From Alphaproteobacteria bacterium (lineage in GTDB: Bacteria; Pseudomonadota; Alphaproteobacteria; UBA6615): a DNA stretch of 64,000 nucleotides. Location of the stretch: positions 327,030 to 391,029 of the forward strand of contig OZ253937.1 of assembly GCA_965267185.1 (NCBI GenBank). The letters run 5' to 3'. The translations under genes were made by a program, and so were the position numbers. A model generated the notes under the pieces. That model was not told the origin of the DNA, made no database searches, and was given only the letters and a program-made list of their open reading frames with translations. This document shows, in pieces, positions 50,299 to 61,012 of this stretch; the first letter of the stretch is position 1, and each line of letters opens with the position of its first letter.

Positions 50299-51507
50299 CT
50301 ATTCCGCCGGGGCGGGGCGGGCGACCGCGCGGCGGCTCCATACGGTCTCGTTGCCTTGGTCGGGGTCGTGGGGGATGATCTGAGCCAGCGCCAAGCTCAC
50401 CGCCGCGAGAGCGGCACCGGCATAAAACACCAAGCTCGGGTTGACCAGCCAGATCAACCCGAAAGCCGCTGGGACCACGACCGCGGCGATATGGTTGATC
50501 GAGAACGAGATGCCGGCGGTCGGCGCGATATCGCGCGGATCGGCGATCTTGCCGAAATAGGTGTTCAGCGCCAGCGCCATGGCGAAAAAGATATGGTCGA
50601 GGATATAGAGCCCGCTGGCTATCCACACATTCTCGACCAGCGCGTAGGCGATGAAGACGCCGATCAGGCCGGCATATTCAAATGTCAGCGCGCGGCGCTC
50701 GCCGAAATGGGCGACGAAGCGGCCAATCTTCGGCGCTAGAAACGTGTTGATCAAATGATTGATCAACATCAGCAGTGTCAGATTGGCCGCCGAGAGGCCG
50801 AATTTTTCGACCATCAGGAAGACGGCGAACACAGTAAAAATTTGCCGCCGCGCGCCGTTGATGAAGGTGAGCAGATAGAACAGCCAATAGCGCTTGCGCA
50901 GGAACAGTTCGCGGCGCTGCTCGGTCATCACTTCATAGCGCGGGAACGCGACCCAGGCGATCGCCGCCAAGCCGATCGTAACGCCGCCGGCGAGGGCGTA
51001 GAGCACCGCGAAGTCGAGCTGCAGAAACTGCAGCCCGGCCCAAACCAGCAGGAAGGCGACAATCGAGGCGACGCTGCCGGCGGCGAGCATGCGGCCGAAC
51101 ACGATGGGCGCGCGTTCCCGGCTCGACCATTGCAGCGCCAGGCTTTGCGACGCCGCTTCGAAATAGTGGAAGCCGATCGACATGATCATGGTCGTCACCA
51201 GCAAGCCGAAAAAGCTGGGGAACAGGCCGGTCAGCGCCACCCCGGCGCCCAGGAACACCAGCGCGAGGATGGCGATGGTCTGTTCGCGCATGATGAACAG
51301 CAGCGCCACGATAGTGAAGGCGAGGAAGCCGGGGATCTCGCGGATCGACTGCAGCATGCCGATATCGGCGCCGTCGAAAGCGGCGCGCTCGACGGCGAAA
51401 TTATTGATCAGCGCCATCCAGGTCGACGACCCAATGGGGTAGGCCGCCGCCATTAGCAGCAGCAAGATTTCCGGGCGGCGCCAGCCGGTGTAATCTTCCA
51501 TTTTCAT
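50299..51507 (-). CDS. MFS transporter
   Basis: 402 aa, ~12 TM helices; LQSIREIPGFLAF, INGARRQIFTVFA, FSINHIAAV. Confidence 0.9.
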   Translation of the reverse strand: MKMEDYTGWRRPEILLLLMAAAYPIGSSTWMALINNFAVERAAFDGADIGMLQSIREIPGFLAFTIVALLFIMREQTIAILALVFLGAGVALTGLFPSFFGLLVTTMIMSIGFHYFEAASQSLALQWSSRERAPIVFGRMLAAGSVASIVAFLLVWAGLQFLQLDFAVLYALAGGVTIGLAAIAWVAFPRYEVMTEQRRELFLRKRYWLFYLLTFINGARRQIFTVFAVFLMVEKFGLSAANLTLLMLINHLINTFLAPKIGRFVAHFGERRALTFEYAGLIGVFIAYALVENVWIASGLYILDHIFFAMALALNTYFGKIADPRDIAPTAGISFSINHIAAVVVPAAFGLIWLVNPSLVFYAGAALAAVSLALAQIIPHDPDQGNETVWSRRAVARPAPAE

Positions 51508-51648
51508 GGGGAGACCATCCTAACCCCTATCTGTTAACGGGCGCGGGCGCGCCGGTCCATCGAAATCGCCGCCGGGATTTCGCCTGCACCGATTGACGCC
51601 CCCAGCGGCGGGACTTAGGGTCGCCGCGCCTTACATTATGTCGTGCTC

Positions 51649-53319
51649 ATGACCGATTCCTTGACCATTGCCCTGGCGCAGCTCAACCCGACCGTCGGCG
51701 ATATCGACGGCAATGTGGCGCGTATCCGCGCCGCCCGTTTAGCGGCCGCCGCCGGCGGCGCCGACCTGGTGGTCGGCACCGAACTGTGCGTCTCGGGCTA
51801 TCCGCCGGAAGATCTGATCCTCAAGAATGCCTTCCTTGAGGCGGCGCGCGCCGGCGTCGAGACGCTGGCGGCGGAGACCGCCGATGGCGGGCCGGGATTA
51901 ATCGTCGGCGCGCCGTGGCTCGACGATGATGGCAAGCGCTACAACGCCGCCTTGGTGCTCGATGGCGGCAAGATCGCGACCCGGCGCGACAAGTACGACC
52001 TGCCCAATTACGGCGTGTTCGACGAGAAGCGGGTGTTCGATGCGGGCGCGCCGCCGGGCCCGGTGAACTACCGCGGCGTACGCTTGGGCCTGGCTGTCTG
52101 TGAAGACATGTGGACGCCCGACGTGTCGGAAACGCTCCAGGAATCCGGCGCCGAGCTTTTGCTGTTTATCAACGGCAGCCCCTATGAGCGCGACAAGGTG
52201 GATGTGCGGCTCAACCTGGCGGTGGCCCGGGTGACCGAGACCGGCTTGCCGCTAATCTATGTGAACCAAGTGGGCGGGCAGGACGAACTGGTGTTCGACG
52301 GTGGCTCGTTTGTGCTCAACGCCGACCGCAAGATGGCCGCCACGTCGCCCCAGTTCGTCGAGAACGTGTCGCTCACGCGCTGGCAGCGCGGGGAGGGCGG
52401 CGCGCCGTGGTCCTGCACCGAGGGCGAGCTGACCAGCCAGATCGAGGGCAGCGAGCGTATCTACCAGGCGATGGTTCTGGGCCTGCGCGACTATGTGAAC
52501 AAGAACGGCTTCCCGGGCGTCGTGCTCGGCCTGTCGGGTGGTATCGATTCCGGCATCACCGCCGTCGTTGCGGTGGATGCGCTGGGGCCGGAGCGGGTGC
52601 ATTGCGTGATGATGCCGTCGCCGTTCACCAGCCAGGAAAGTCTCGACGACGCCCAGGAATTGGCCGACCGGCTGGAGGTACGCCTCGACAGCGTCGCCAT
52701 CGAGCCGGCGATGAACGCCTTCGACGATATGCTCAAGCAGGCCTTCAACGAGCCGTCATCCGGCGTCACCAAGGAAAACATCCAGAGCCGGGCACGCGGG
52801 CTCACCCTGATGGCGATCAGCAACACCACCGGCGCCATGCTGGTCACCACCGGCAACAAGTCGGAAATGTCGGTCGGTTACGCCACGATCTACGGCGACA
52901 TGGCGGGCGGTTACTCGGTGATCAAGGATGTCTACAAGACCGATGTGTTCAAACTCTGCCGCTGGCGTAACGAACACTATCCCACGGGCGTGTTGGGCCC
53001 CGCCGGCGATGTGATCCCCGAGCGCATCATCACCAAGCCGCCCTCGGCGGAGCTGCGGCCTGACCAGAAGGACGAGGATTCGCTGCCGCCCTATGACGAA
53101 CTCGACGCGATCCTGCACGGCTTGATCGAGGAAGATTTGGGGGCCGACGATCTGGTTGGCCGTGGTCATGACGTGGACACGGTGCAGCGCATCTGGCGGC
53201 TTCTCGAGATGTCCGAATATAAGCGCCGCCAGGCGCCTCCGGGGGTGAAGCTGACCAGCCGCGCGTTCGGCCGCGACCGCCGCTACCCGATTACCAATGC
53301 GTTCAAGGGTAAGGCCTAA
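51649..53319 (+). CDS. nadE: Glutamine-dependent NAD+ synthetase
   Basis: Nitrilase domain (EL...GYPPEDL, K..LPNYGVFDE.R, CED.W) plus GLSGGIDS, ENIQSR.RG, TGNKSE, PPSAELRP.Q.D. Confidence 0.96.
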   Translation: MTDSLTIALAQLNPTVGDIDGNVARIRAARLAAAAGGADLVVGTELCVSGYPPEDLILKNAFLEAARAGVETLAAETADGGPGLIVGAPWLDDDGKRYNAALVLDGGKIATRRDKYDLPNYGVFDEKRVFDAGAPPGPVNYRGVRLGLAVCEDMWTPDVSETLQESGAELLLFINGSPYERDKVDVRLNLAVARVTETGLPLIYVNQVGGQDELVFDGGSFVLNADRKMAATSPQFVENVSLTRWQRGEGGAPWSCTEGELTSQIEGSERIYQAMVLGLRDYVNKNGFPGVVLGLSGGIDSGITAVVAVDALGPERVHCVMMPSPFTSQESLDDAQELADRLEVRLDSVAIEPAMNAFDDMLKQAFNEPSSGVTKENIQSRARGLTLMAISNTTGAMLVTTGNKSEMSVGYATIYGDMAGGYSVIKDVYKTDVFKLCRWRNEHYPTGVLGPAGDVIPERIITKPPSAELRPDQKDEDSLPPYDELDAILHGLIEEDLGADDLVGRGHDVDTVQRIWRLLEMSEYKRRQAPPGVKLTSRAFGRDRRYPITNAFKGKA

Positions 53320-53338
53320 CGTCTTGTCCTTGGTTTAA

Positions 53339-53461
53339 CCCTCTCCCTGAGGGAGAGGGTGGCGAGCGCATGCGAGCCGGGTGAGGGTTTAGGAACGGTT
53401 GGAAAACATCCTGGATATATCTTACCCCCTCACCCCAACCCCTCTCCCCATGGGAGAGGGG
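53339..53461. repeat. REP inverted doublet (CCCTCTCCC...GGGAGAGGG...GGGTGAGGG family)
   Basis: Unit 1 CCCTCTCCCTGAGGGAGAGGG...GGGTGAGGG; unit 2 CCCTCACCCC AA CCCCTCTCCCCATGGGAGAGGGG in inverted orientation. Confidence 0.82.
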
Positions 53462-53465
53462 CTTT

Positions 53466-53507
53466 CGCCGCTATCCGATCACCAATGCATTCAAGGGCAA
53501 GGCGTAG
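53466..53507 (+). repeat. Orphan copy of nadE 3' end (RRYPITNAFKGKA*)
   Basis: 36/42 nt identical to 53278-53319; all 6 differences at synonymous third positions (including TAA/TAG). Confidence 0.93.
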
Positions 53508-53522
53508 AGTGCCGCGGCGGGA

Positions 53523-54122
53523 TTAACTGCCCTGGCGATTCGAGAGCAGGGTATCGAACGTCGTCGAGTTTTTCTTTAGACGATGTGGCACGGCGCCACT
53601 CGATAAATCGAATAGATCGCTCGAGCGAACCTCGACGACGTTGGCCGCATATTCGCCTAGATGCCGGCATTGCACTTTCCCGCCCCGTTCGCCGGTTACC
53701 TTATTGATGCTGTCCGAGGGATATTTGAAGCAGACGCCATAGCCTTTGCCATCGTTTCGAGGCACCAATCGCCACTTGGAGGGGACTGCGGCAGCATTGC
53801 CCGGATACCAGAGATAGGCATTGCCGGTGTCGGAGAAATACTCGATCTGTGTGCCGTGGCCGGGCCGACGCTGGCAGCTCGTCACCGTATAGCAAATCGT
53901 CTGGCCGGGATCGTAGGTCATGATCGTCTTATCGGCGATAAATGCGCGCGCTTCCTCGTGCGGCATCGCGTTGATTTCGCTGATCTCCCGCCCCAACGTG
54001 GAGACATTGTTGTAAACGCTCGGCGAACACGCCGCCAACCCAAGCGCCAACGCGCAAACAACGGCCCGCGGAACTTTTCTGAAAGTGGCGCAAGCAGACG
54101 ACGTTAATACCGCAATATTCAT
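53523..54122 (-). CDS. Hypothetical lipoprotein
   Basis: Lipobox LAAC; HGTQIEY....AYLWYPGN, CF.YP, four further Cys. Confidence 0.7.
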   Translation of the reverse strand: MNIAVLTSSACATFRKVPRAVVCALALGLAACSPSVYNNVSTLGREISEINAMPHEEARAFIADKTIMTYDPGQTICYTVTSCQRRPGHGTQIEYFSDTGNAYLWYPGNAAAVPSKWRLVPRNDGKGYGVCFKYPSDSINKVTGERGGKVQCRHLGEYAANVVEVRSSDLFDLSSGAVPHRLKKNSTTFDTLLSNRQGS

Positions 54123-54237
54123 CGCTTCGAATGTTCTCCATTTGCCTGAAAACGTGAGGGGGTTTTATTAGCGCAGTTTCCTAAAAGATTCCTACCTCCC
54201 CCGACTGCGGGTAGGGCAATAGGGTTAACCGCTTGAT

Positions 54238-54266
54238 TTGCCTTCATTTCCGTTCGGCGCTATACA
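54238..54266 (+). promoter_or_regulatory. Sigma-70-type promoter upstream of cysS leader
   Basis: TTGCCT-17 nt-TATACA; expected start site falls at about the ATG at 54275. Confidence 0.6.
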
Positions 54267-54274
54267 GCGTCCTT

Positions 54275-54328
54275 ATGGAGATACGTTCCCATCGATGTTG
54301 CGCGGCCAGCCGGCGAATTACCGGCTGA
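54275..54328 (+). CDS. Putative leaderless Cys-Cys leader peptide (MEIRSHRCCAASRRITG)
   Basis: 17 codons with tandem TGT TGC, 67 nt upstream of cysS; 3' part overlaps hairpin CAGCCGG-N7-CCGGCTG. Confidence 0.6.
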   Translation: MEIRSHRCCAASRRITG

Positions 54329-54395
54329 AGACGTTGCCGCTGCGCGGATTTCCCGCGCCGCTTCGTCCGCGCAATCTGATCTTGGGAACCCCTAA

Positions 54396-55745
54396 ATGAC
54401 GCTCCAACTCCACAATACGCTGACCCGCTCGAAAGAGGTTTTCACGCCGCTCGATGAGAGCCGTGTGCGCATGTACGTCTGCGGGCCGACGGTCTATGAC
54501 GACGTGCATATCGGCAATGCCCGGCCGCTCGTGGTGTTCGACGTGCTCTACCGGCTGCTCAAACATAGCTACCCGGACGCCAAGGTCAGCTATGTGCGCA
54601 ACATCACCGACGTGGACGACAAGATCATCGACCGGGCGGCTGAGAGCGGTGAGGCGATCGACGATCTGACCCGGCGCACCACCGACCGTTTCCACGAAGC
54701 GACAGCGGCGCTGGGCTGCCTGGAGCCCGATGTGGAGCCGCGGGCGACCGACCACATTCCGGAAATGATTTCCCTGATCGGTACCTTGATCGAGAAAGAC
54801 CACGCCTACGAAGCCGAAGGCGAGGTTTTGTTCAGCGTGCCGTCGATGGCGAACTACGGAAAGCTATCGGGGCGCAACCGCGACGAGATGATCGCCGGTG
54901 CCCGTGTCGAGGTATCGAGCCACAAGCGCGATCCCGCCGATTTCATTTTGTGGAAGCCGAGCACGGCGGACCAGCCCGGCTGGGACAGCCCGTGGGGCCG
55001 CGGCCGGCCCGGCTGGCACATCGAATGCTCGGCCATGAGCGAGAAACATTTGGGCAAGGCGTTCGACATCCATGGCGGCGGGGTCGATCTGGTGTTTCCC
55101 CATCATGAAAACGAGATTGCTCAGTCGCTGTGCGCCCATCCGGACGAGACCTTCGCGCAAACGTGGGTACATAACGGTTATCTGATGAGCGAAGGCGAGA
55201 AGATGTCGAAGTCGCTCGGCAACTTTTACACCGTCATCGAACTGCTCGACGAGTTTCCCGGCGAGGCCCTGCGCTTGGCGCTACTCAAAACCCACTACCG
55301 CCAACCGCTGGACTTCACCAAAGAGGGCGTGCGCGAAGCCAAGCGGGAGTTGGACGGGTTCTATGGCGCGCTGCGCGTTGCGGGAAAAGAGAGTTCCGGC
55401 GACGTGGCGGCTTCGGTGCTGGACGCCCTGGCGGATGATTTGAATTCGCCGGCCGCGCTGGCCGAACTGCATGTATTGTTGAGGGGCGTGAACGCGGGCA
55501 ACACCGACGCAGCAGAACTGCGTTCCGCAGGCGCAATCCTCGGGCTGCTTCAGCAGGATGCTGACGCGTGGTTCCACGGCGTAGATGATGGGGCAGCCGA
55601 GATCGAGGCCTCGATTGCGGCCCGCAACGACGCCCGCGCGGCGAAAGACTTCGCAGAGGCCGACCGCATCCGCGACGAACTGGCGGCGCAAGGCATCGCG
55701 CTCGAAGACGGGCCAGATGGCACCACGTGGCGGCGGGACGGGTAG
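54396..55745 (+). CDS. cysS: Cysteine--tRNA ligase
   Basis: YVCGPTVYD..HIGN, GRPGWHIECSAM, DIHGGG.DL.FPHHENE, KMSKSLGN. Confidence 0.97.
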   Translation: MTLQLHNTLTRSKEVFTPLDESRVRMYVCGPTVYDDVHIGNARPLVVFDVLYRLLKHSYPDAKVSYVRNITDVDDKIIDRAAESGEAIDDLTRRTTDRFHEATAALGCLEPDVEPRATDHIPEMISLIGTLIEKDHAYEAEGEVLFSVPSMANYGKLSGRNRDEMIAGARVEVSSHKRDPADFILWKPSTADQPGWDSPWGRGRPGWHIECSAMSEKHLGKAFDIHGGGVDLVFPHHENEIAQSLCAHPDETFAQTWVHNGYLMSEGEKMSKSLGNFYTVIELLDEFPGEALRLALLKTHYRQPLDFTKEGVREAKRELDGFYGALRVAGKESSGDVAASVLDALADDLNSPAALAELHVLLRGVNAGNTDAAELRSAGAILGLLQQDADAWFHGVDDGAAEIEASIAARNDARAAKDFAEADRIRDELAAQGIALEDGPDGTTWRRDG

Positions 55746-55764
55746 ATATGACCACACTTTTTGT

Positions 55765-55954
55765 CGTCACCCCCACCCCGACCCTCCCCCCTCAAGGGGG
55801 AGGGGGTTATAGCGAGCGGGCTGCTCCAAAATTCCCTCCCCCCTGGAGGGGGAGGGTTAGGGAGGGGGGGCTTTGCTCCCTCATCCGGAGCTTGTCGAAG
55901 GATGAGGGACGCAGGCTAAAGTCAGCCCCATACTTCGACAGGCTCAGCATGAGG
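55765..55954. repeat. Cluster of two REP doublets from different families between cysS and cimA
   Basis: CCCTCCCCC..GGGGGAGGG pair (55765-55870) followed by CCCTCATCCGGAGCTTGTCGAAGGATGAGGG / CATACTTCGACAGGCTCAGCATGAGG pair (55878-55954). Confidence 0.8.
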
Positions 55955-55988
55955 CTGTGTGTGCGGACCGTAACCCAGGCAGGTAGCC

Positions 55989-57584
55989 ATGCCTGAGCGG
56001 ATCAGCGTCTTCGACACCACTTTGCGCGACGGGGCGCAGACGCAGGGCGTCGATTTTTCGGTCGACGACAAGCGCACCATCGCCCGCGCCCTCGACGGCT
56101 TGAACGTCGACTATGTGGAAGGCGGCTGGCCCGGCGCTAACCCGGTCGACGACGATTTCTTCGCCACGTCGCCTAATCTCAATAACGCCACCTTCACTGC
56201 TTTCGGCATGACGCGGCGGCCCGACCACAGCGCCGCCAACGATCCCGGCCTGAATGCGTTGCTCACCAGCGCCGCCGACGCCGTGTGTATGGTCGGCAAG
56301 ACCTGGGATTTTCACGTCGATGTGGCGCTTGGCATCTCTCAAGACGAAAACATCGCCATGATCGCCGACAGCGTCGCTCACGCGAAAACCCGGGTGAACG
56401 AGGCGCTATTCGACGCGGAGCATTTCTTCGACGGCTATAAGGCCAACCCCGACTTTGCGCTAGCGTGCCTGAAAGCGGCGCTCGACGCCGGCGCGCGCTG
56501 GGTGGTGCTGTGCGATACAAACGGTGGCACCTTGCCCTACGAGGTGTCGCGCATCGTCGGCGAGGTGTGTGCGAAGCTGCCGGGCGACCATGTGGGCATC
56601 CACGCCCATGACGATACGGGCAACGCGGTGGCCAACACGCTGGCGGCGGTGGAAGCGGGGGCGCGGCAGATCCAGGGCACGCTCAACGGATTGGGCGAGC
56701 GCTGCGGCAACGCCAACCTCATTTCGGTGCTGCCTAACCTGATGCTGAAGTATGACGGCGCCTACGAGACCGGCCTGGGCGATGCCGAGCTGGCTCAGTT
56801 GACCCATGTGTCGCGCCTGCTCGATGAGCTGCTCAACCGCGCGCCCGACCGCCATGCCGCCTATGTCGGCGAGGCGGCCTTTGCGCATAAGGGCGGCCTA
56901 CACGTGTCGGCGGTGCAGAAAGACCCGCGCACCTACGAGCATGTCGAGCCCGGCATCGTCGGCAATCACCGCCACGTCGTGGTGTCAGACCAGGCCGGCC
57001 GGTCGAACATTCTGGTGCGGCTCGTCGACGCCGGCATCGAGATTGACGCCGGCGACAAGCGCATCTCGCGCCTGGTCGAGGACGTCAAGGCCAAGGAGTA
57101 TGAGGGCTATACCTACGATGGTGCGGAGGCCAGCTTCGAGTTGCTGGCGCGCCGGGCACTGGGGGAGGTACCGCGCTTCTTCGATGTGGAGAGCTTCCGC
57201 ACCGAGGTCGAGCGCCGGTTCAATGCCCGCGGCGAACTGACCACCATCAGCCAGGCGGTGATCAAGATCGAGGTCGCCGGCGAGCCGACCATGCAGGTGG
57301 CCGAAGGCAACGGCCCGGTCAACGCGCTCGACGCGGCGCTGCGCAAGGCGCTGCTGCCCAAGTTCCCCGAACTGGAGCAGATGCGCCTGGTGGACTTCAA
57401 AGTGCGTATTCTGACGCCGCAACAGGCCACCGCGGCGGTGACGCGGGTGATGATCGAATCCGCCGACGAGACCGGCCACCGCTGGGGCACCGTCGGCATC
57501 TCGCCCAACATCATCGATGCCGCCTACGCGGCGCTGGACGACGCCATCGTCTACAAACTCCTGCGGTCAGGCAACGGATCGTGA
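55989..57584 (+). CDS. cimA: Citramalate synthase
   Basis: [52 protein letters not shown]; typical cysS-cimA linkage. Confidence 0.92.
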   Translation: MPERISVFDTTLRDGAQTQGVDFSVDDKRTIARALDGLNVDYVEGGWPGANPVDDDFFATSPNLNNATFTAFGMTRRPDHSAANDPGLNALLTSAADAVCMVGKTWDFHVDVALGISQDENIAMIADSVAHAKTRVNEALFDAEHFFDGYKANPDFALACLKAALDAGARWVVLCDTNGGTLPYEVSRIVGEVCAKLPGDHVGIHAHDDTGNAVANTLAAVEAGARQIQGTLNGLGERCGNANLISVLPNLMLKYDGAYETGLGDAELAQLTHVSRLLDELLNRAPDRHAAYVGEAAFAHKGGLHVSAVQKDPRTYEHVEPGIVGNHRHVVVSDQAGRSNILVRLVDAGIEIDAGDKRISRLVEDVKAKEYEGYTYDGAEASFELLARRALGEVPRFFDVESFRTEVERRFNARGELTTISQAVIKIEVAGEPTMQVAEGNGPVNALDAALRKALLPKFPELEQMRLVDFKVRILTPQQATAAVTRVMIESADETGHRWGTVGISPNIIDAAYAALDDAIVYKLLRSGNGS

Positions 57585-57796
57585 ATGGGTTCGGTCAAGC
57601 GACCGTACCGATCTTCAACTGATTTTGTGTTGCGAGTTTCTGCCGTTAGCAGCACACATCAATTAGGTCTCTTGTTGCTCAGCTTCGCGAAACGCAGCCT
57701 GTGGCGCCTGCTTCGGGGAATAATCCAGCCGTGTTTCTGTTTGTTGAACTTGCGGGCATTCAAGTGACCTACCGAGATTAACTGGGGGAGAATCAG

Positions 57797-58189
57797 GTGA
57801 AATATTTGTTTGCAGCTTTCGCGATATCACTCGCCACAGCGGCGCTGCCCACGGTTGGACATGCGGAAGGGAATGCGGTTACCGGCAAGGAGGTATTTAT
57901 TACCCACTGCTGGCAGTGCCATACGGTGGAAGAGGGCGGAACAGATAAGATCGGCCCCAATCTCTTTGGCCTGTTCGGCACCAAAGCCGGATTGCGGAAA
58001 CCCAGCTACGAAGGCCGTTATTCGCCGGAGATCAAGAAATCCGGCATTGTCTGGGGCGACGACACCCTCGACGTGTTTCTCACGAGCCCTCGAGAATTTA
58101 TCCCCGGCACAAACATGCCGTTCGTCGGATTCGAAAATAAGATCGACCGGGATAATGTCATCGCCTACCTAAAATCGGTTACCCAATAG
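57797..58189 (+). CDS. Class I cytochrome c (c2-like)
   Basis: Signal peptide, CWQCH haem motif, KIGPNL.G, PGTNM axial Met. Confidence 0.92.
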   Translation: MKYLFAAFAISLATAALPTVGHAEGNAVTGKEVFITHCWQCHTVEEGGTDKIGPNLFGLFGTKAGLRKPSYEGRYSPEIKKSGIVWGDDTLDVFLTSPREFIPGTNMPFVGFENKIDRDNVIAYLKSVTQ

Positions 58190-58260
58190 AGGCCATCGAT
58201 AGAGGCATTATGCACCGCGCGGATGCGCAGTTTTCAATACGAAGCGCATTTTACCGGCTG

Positions 58261-59037
58261 ATGATTCGATCGCTGGTGACAGTCGCAATTTTGCTAGCAC
58301 CCGCAATAATCAGCGATTCCGTCGCGCAGACGGTTACCTACGAGAAGTTCTCGCAAGCATTTAGGGATATTGTGCTGGGTTCAGAATATGTGCCCCGAGA
58401 AAATCCACGTGTTCTCAAGTTCGTTGATGATCTAGATATCGTAATTGTAGGAACGCCAAGTAGCTCGTTTCTTTCCAAGCTGTTTCGACACCTTTCTGAA
58501 CTCGACAAGCTAACGGGTTTGAATTCCGATGTTAGCGCAATCGTGAACGCCAACGAGTTTTTTGCGCAACCTTCACGATTCCAATCGGGAAATATTTTCG
58601 CATTTATCTCTGAAAGCCGAAAAGAATACCTCGAGTTCTTGTCGTCACGTACTTTTAATGACGGGAGTTTTAGCGATAAATTCATACGCGAAAATGTTTT
58701 CTGCGTTGTCCGTATTGTTCCGAACCCGCGTCTACAGATTGGTTCAGCCTTTATCCTCTTTCCACCAAATAATATTCCCGGGAAAGATAATAGCCGGTGC
58801 GTGGTCGAGGAATTCTCGCAAGCGCTAGGGCTACCGAACGATTCGAAATCCATCAAAGAAACAATATTCAACGATGACGATGTTCATTCGGAGCTCACAG
58901 ATCTCGATGCTCTACTAATTCGTGCGTTATACTCAGACGATATCAAGCCGGGTGACAGTTGGAATGATCTGCGGCTGGTTCTTCCTGGCGTCTATCAACG
59001 TCTAACGTCAGTGAGTAGAGACACAATACGTCCATGA
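58261..59037 (+). CDS. DUF2927-like exported protein (AT-rich)
   Basis: C..EE..QALGLPNDS, IFNDD, LT.LD.LL...LY...IKPG; ORF open from 58210. Confidence 0.8.
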   Translation: MIRSLVTVAILLAPAIISDSVAQTVTYEKFSQAFRDIVLGSEYVPRENPRVLKFVDDLDIVIVGTPSSSFLSKLFRHLSELDKLTGLNSDVSAIVNANEFFAQPSRFQSGNIFAFISESRKEYLEFLSSRTFNDGSFSDKFIRENVFCVVRIVPNPRLQIGSAFILFPPNNIPGKDNSRCVVEEFSQALGLPNDSKSIKETIFNDDDVHSELTDLDALLIRALYSDDIKPGDSWNDLRLVLPGVYQRLTSVSRDTIRP

Positions 59038-59143
59038 AGCATGGATTGAGCCCGCTTCGAAGTATTTCCATCACGCCGAATTGAGCAACCGTCGGGTGGA
59101 CGGGGGCGTGCGCACAGCTACGCTGTTCGGACATACGATAGGC

Positions 59144-60157
<1,014 letters not shown>

Positions 60158-60213
60158 ACCCGCAAATGCAGGTGCATCGGCGCGGCGTAAACTGCGCGCG
60201 CCTGTTCGCCCGG

Positions 60214-60870
60214 CTACGCGATCCCGACGGGTTCCTCGGCCCACCGCGCGCTATCGAACATCGAAATAGCGTGCTCTAGGGCTGCCTCGTCGAACGGGTC
60301 TGCCTGCTTGCCGATCTCAAGCGCTCCGTCGAGCGTTTCGATTGCTGCGGTGTAGAGCCGATTTCTCGTGCGGCCCCTTCGGACCGCTTTCGCGGCGGCC
60401 TCAAGCGCATTGGCGGCGCAGTCGGCGACGTCTTGCCATTCGGCTTCACCGTCGGCGGCCTTCGCCAGTGCCGTCTTGGTCGCTGTGATTTGAGTGGCGG
60501 CGGCTTCGGCGAACGTGGCCGCGTCATAGTCTTGCTTCCTTGCACCCGATAGCGTCCTGAGCGCCGCCGGCACGATCAATTTGGTGATGCGCTCTGCGAT
60601 GTATGTGGCGCGCGCCGCCTCGTTGTCCGGGTCGCGATTGTCGATCACGCGCAGAATAAACATCTTTAGCCGTTGGCGCTGATCGTCCGGTAGCAGGTCG
60701 TTCAGGCGGAACGCGTAGGATCGGATCACCGGACAGGCGCTGGGCGGGTCGTCGCCGACCGTGCCGTACAGGATCCAGTTGGCGGCGTCATACAAACAGG
60801 CACCATTGCGCGGATGATCGGTGCTCCCCTTGCAAAGGTCGAAATTCCAAAGACTGGCGATGTCGGTCAT
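60214..60870 (-). CDS. Hypothetical protein (218 aa)
   Basis: ATG 60870 with AGGAG RBS; N-terminal LCKGS.DHP..GACL...D.P..ACPVI...LND.L.D..RQ.L; Ala-rich helical C-terminus. Confidence 0.75.
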   Translation of the reverse strand: MTDIASLWNFDLCKGSTDHPRNGACLYDAANWILYGTVGDDPPSACPVIRSYAFRLNDLLPDDQRQRLKMFILRVIDNRDPDNEAARATYIAERITKLIVPAALRTLSGARKQDYDAATFAEAAATQITATKTALAKAADGEAEWQDVADCAANALEAAAKAVRRGRTRNRLYTAAIETLDGALEIGKQADPFDEAALEHAISMFDSARWAEEPVGIA

Positions 60871-61012
60871 TTGGTGTCGCTCCTGGTGGGATCTGAGCCC
60901 ACAGTAGTTGGCAACGGAGCACCATAATAGACGATTCGATTGGCGGCACGATGCGCAAGTAAACGCCATTTGGATTGGCCTTAACCGCCACTGCGGCGTA
61001 TATGCAGAGCCC

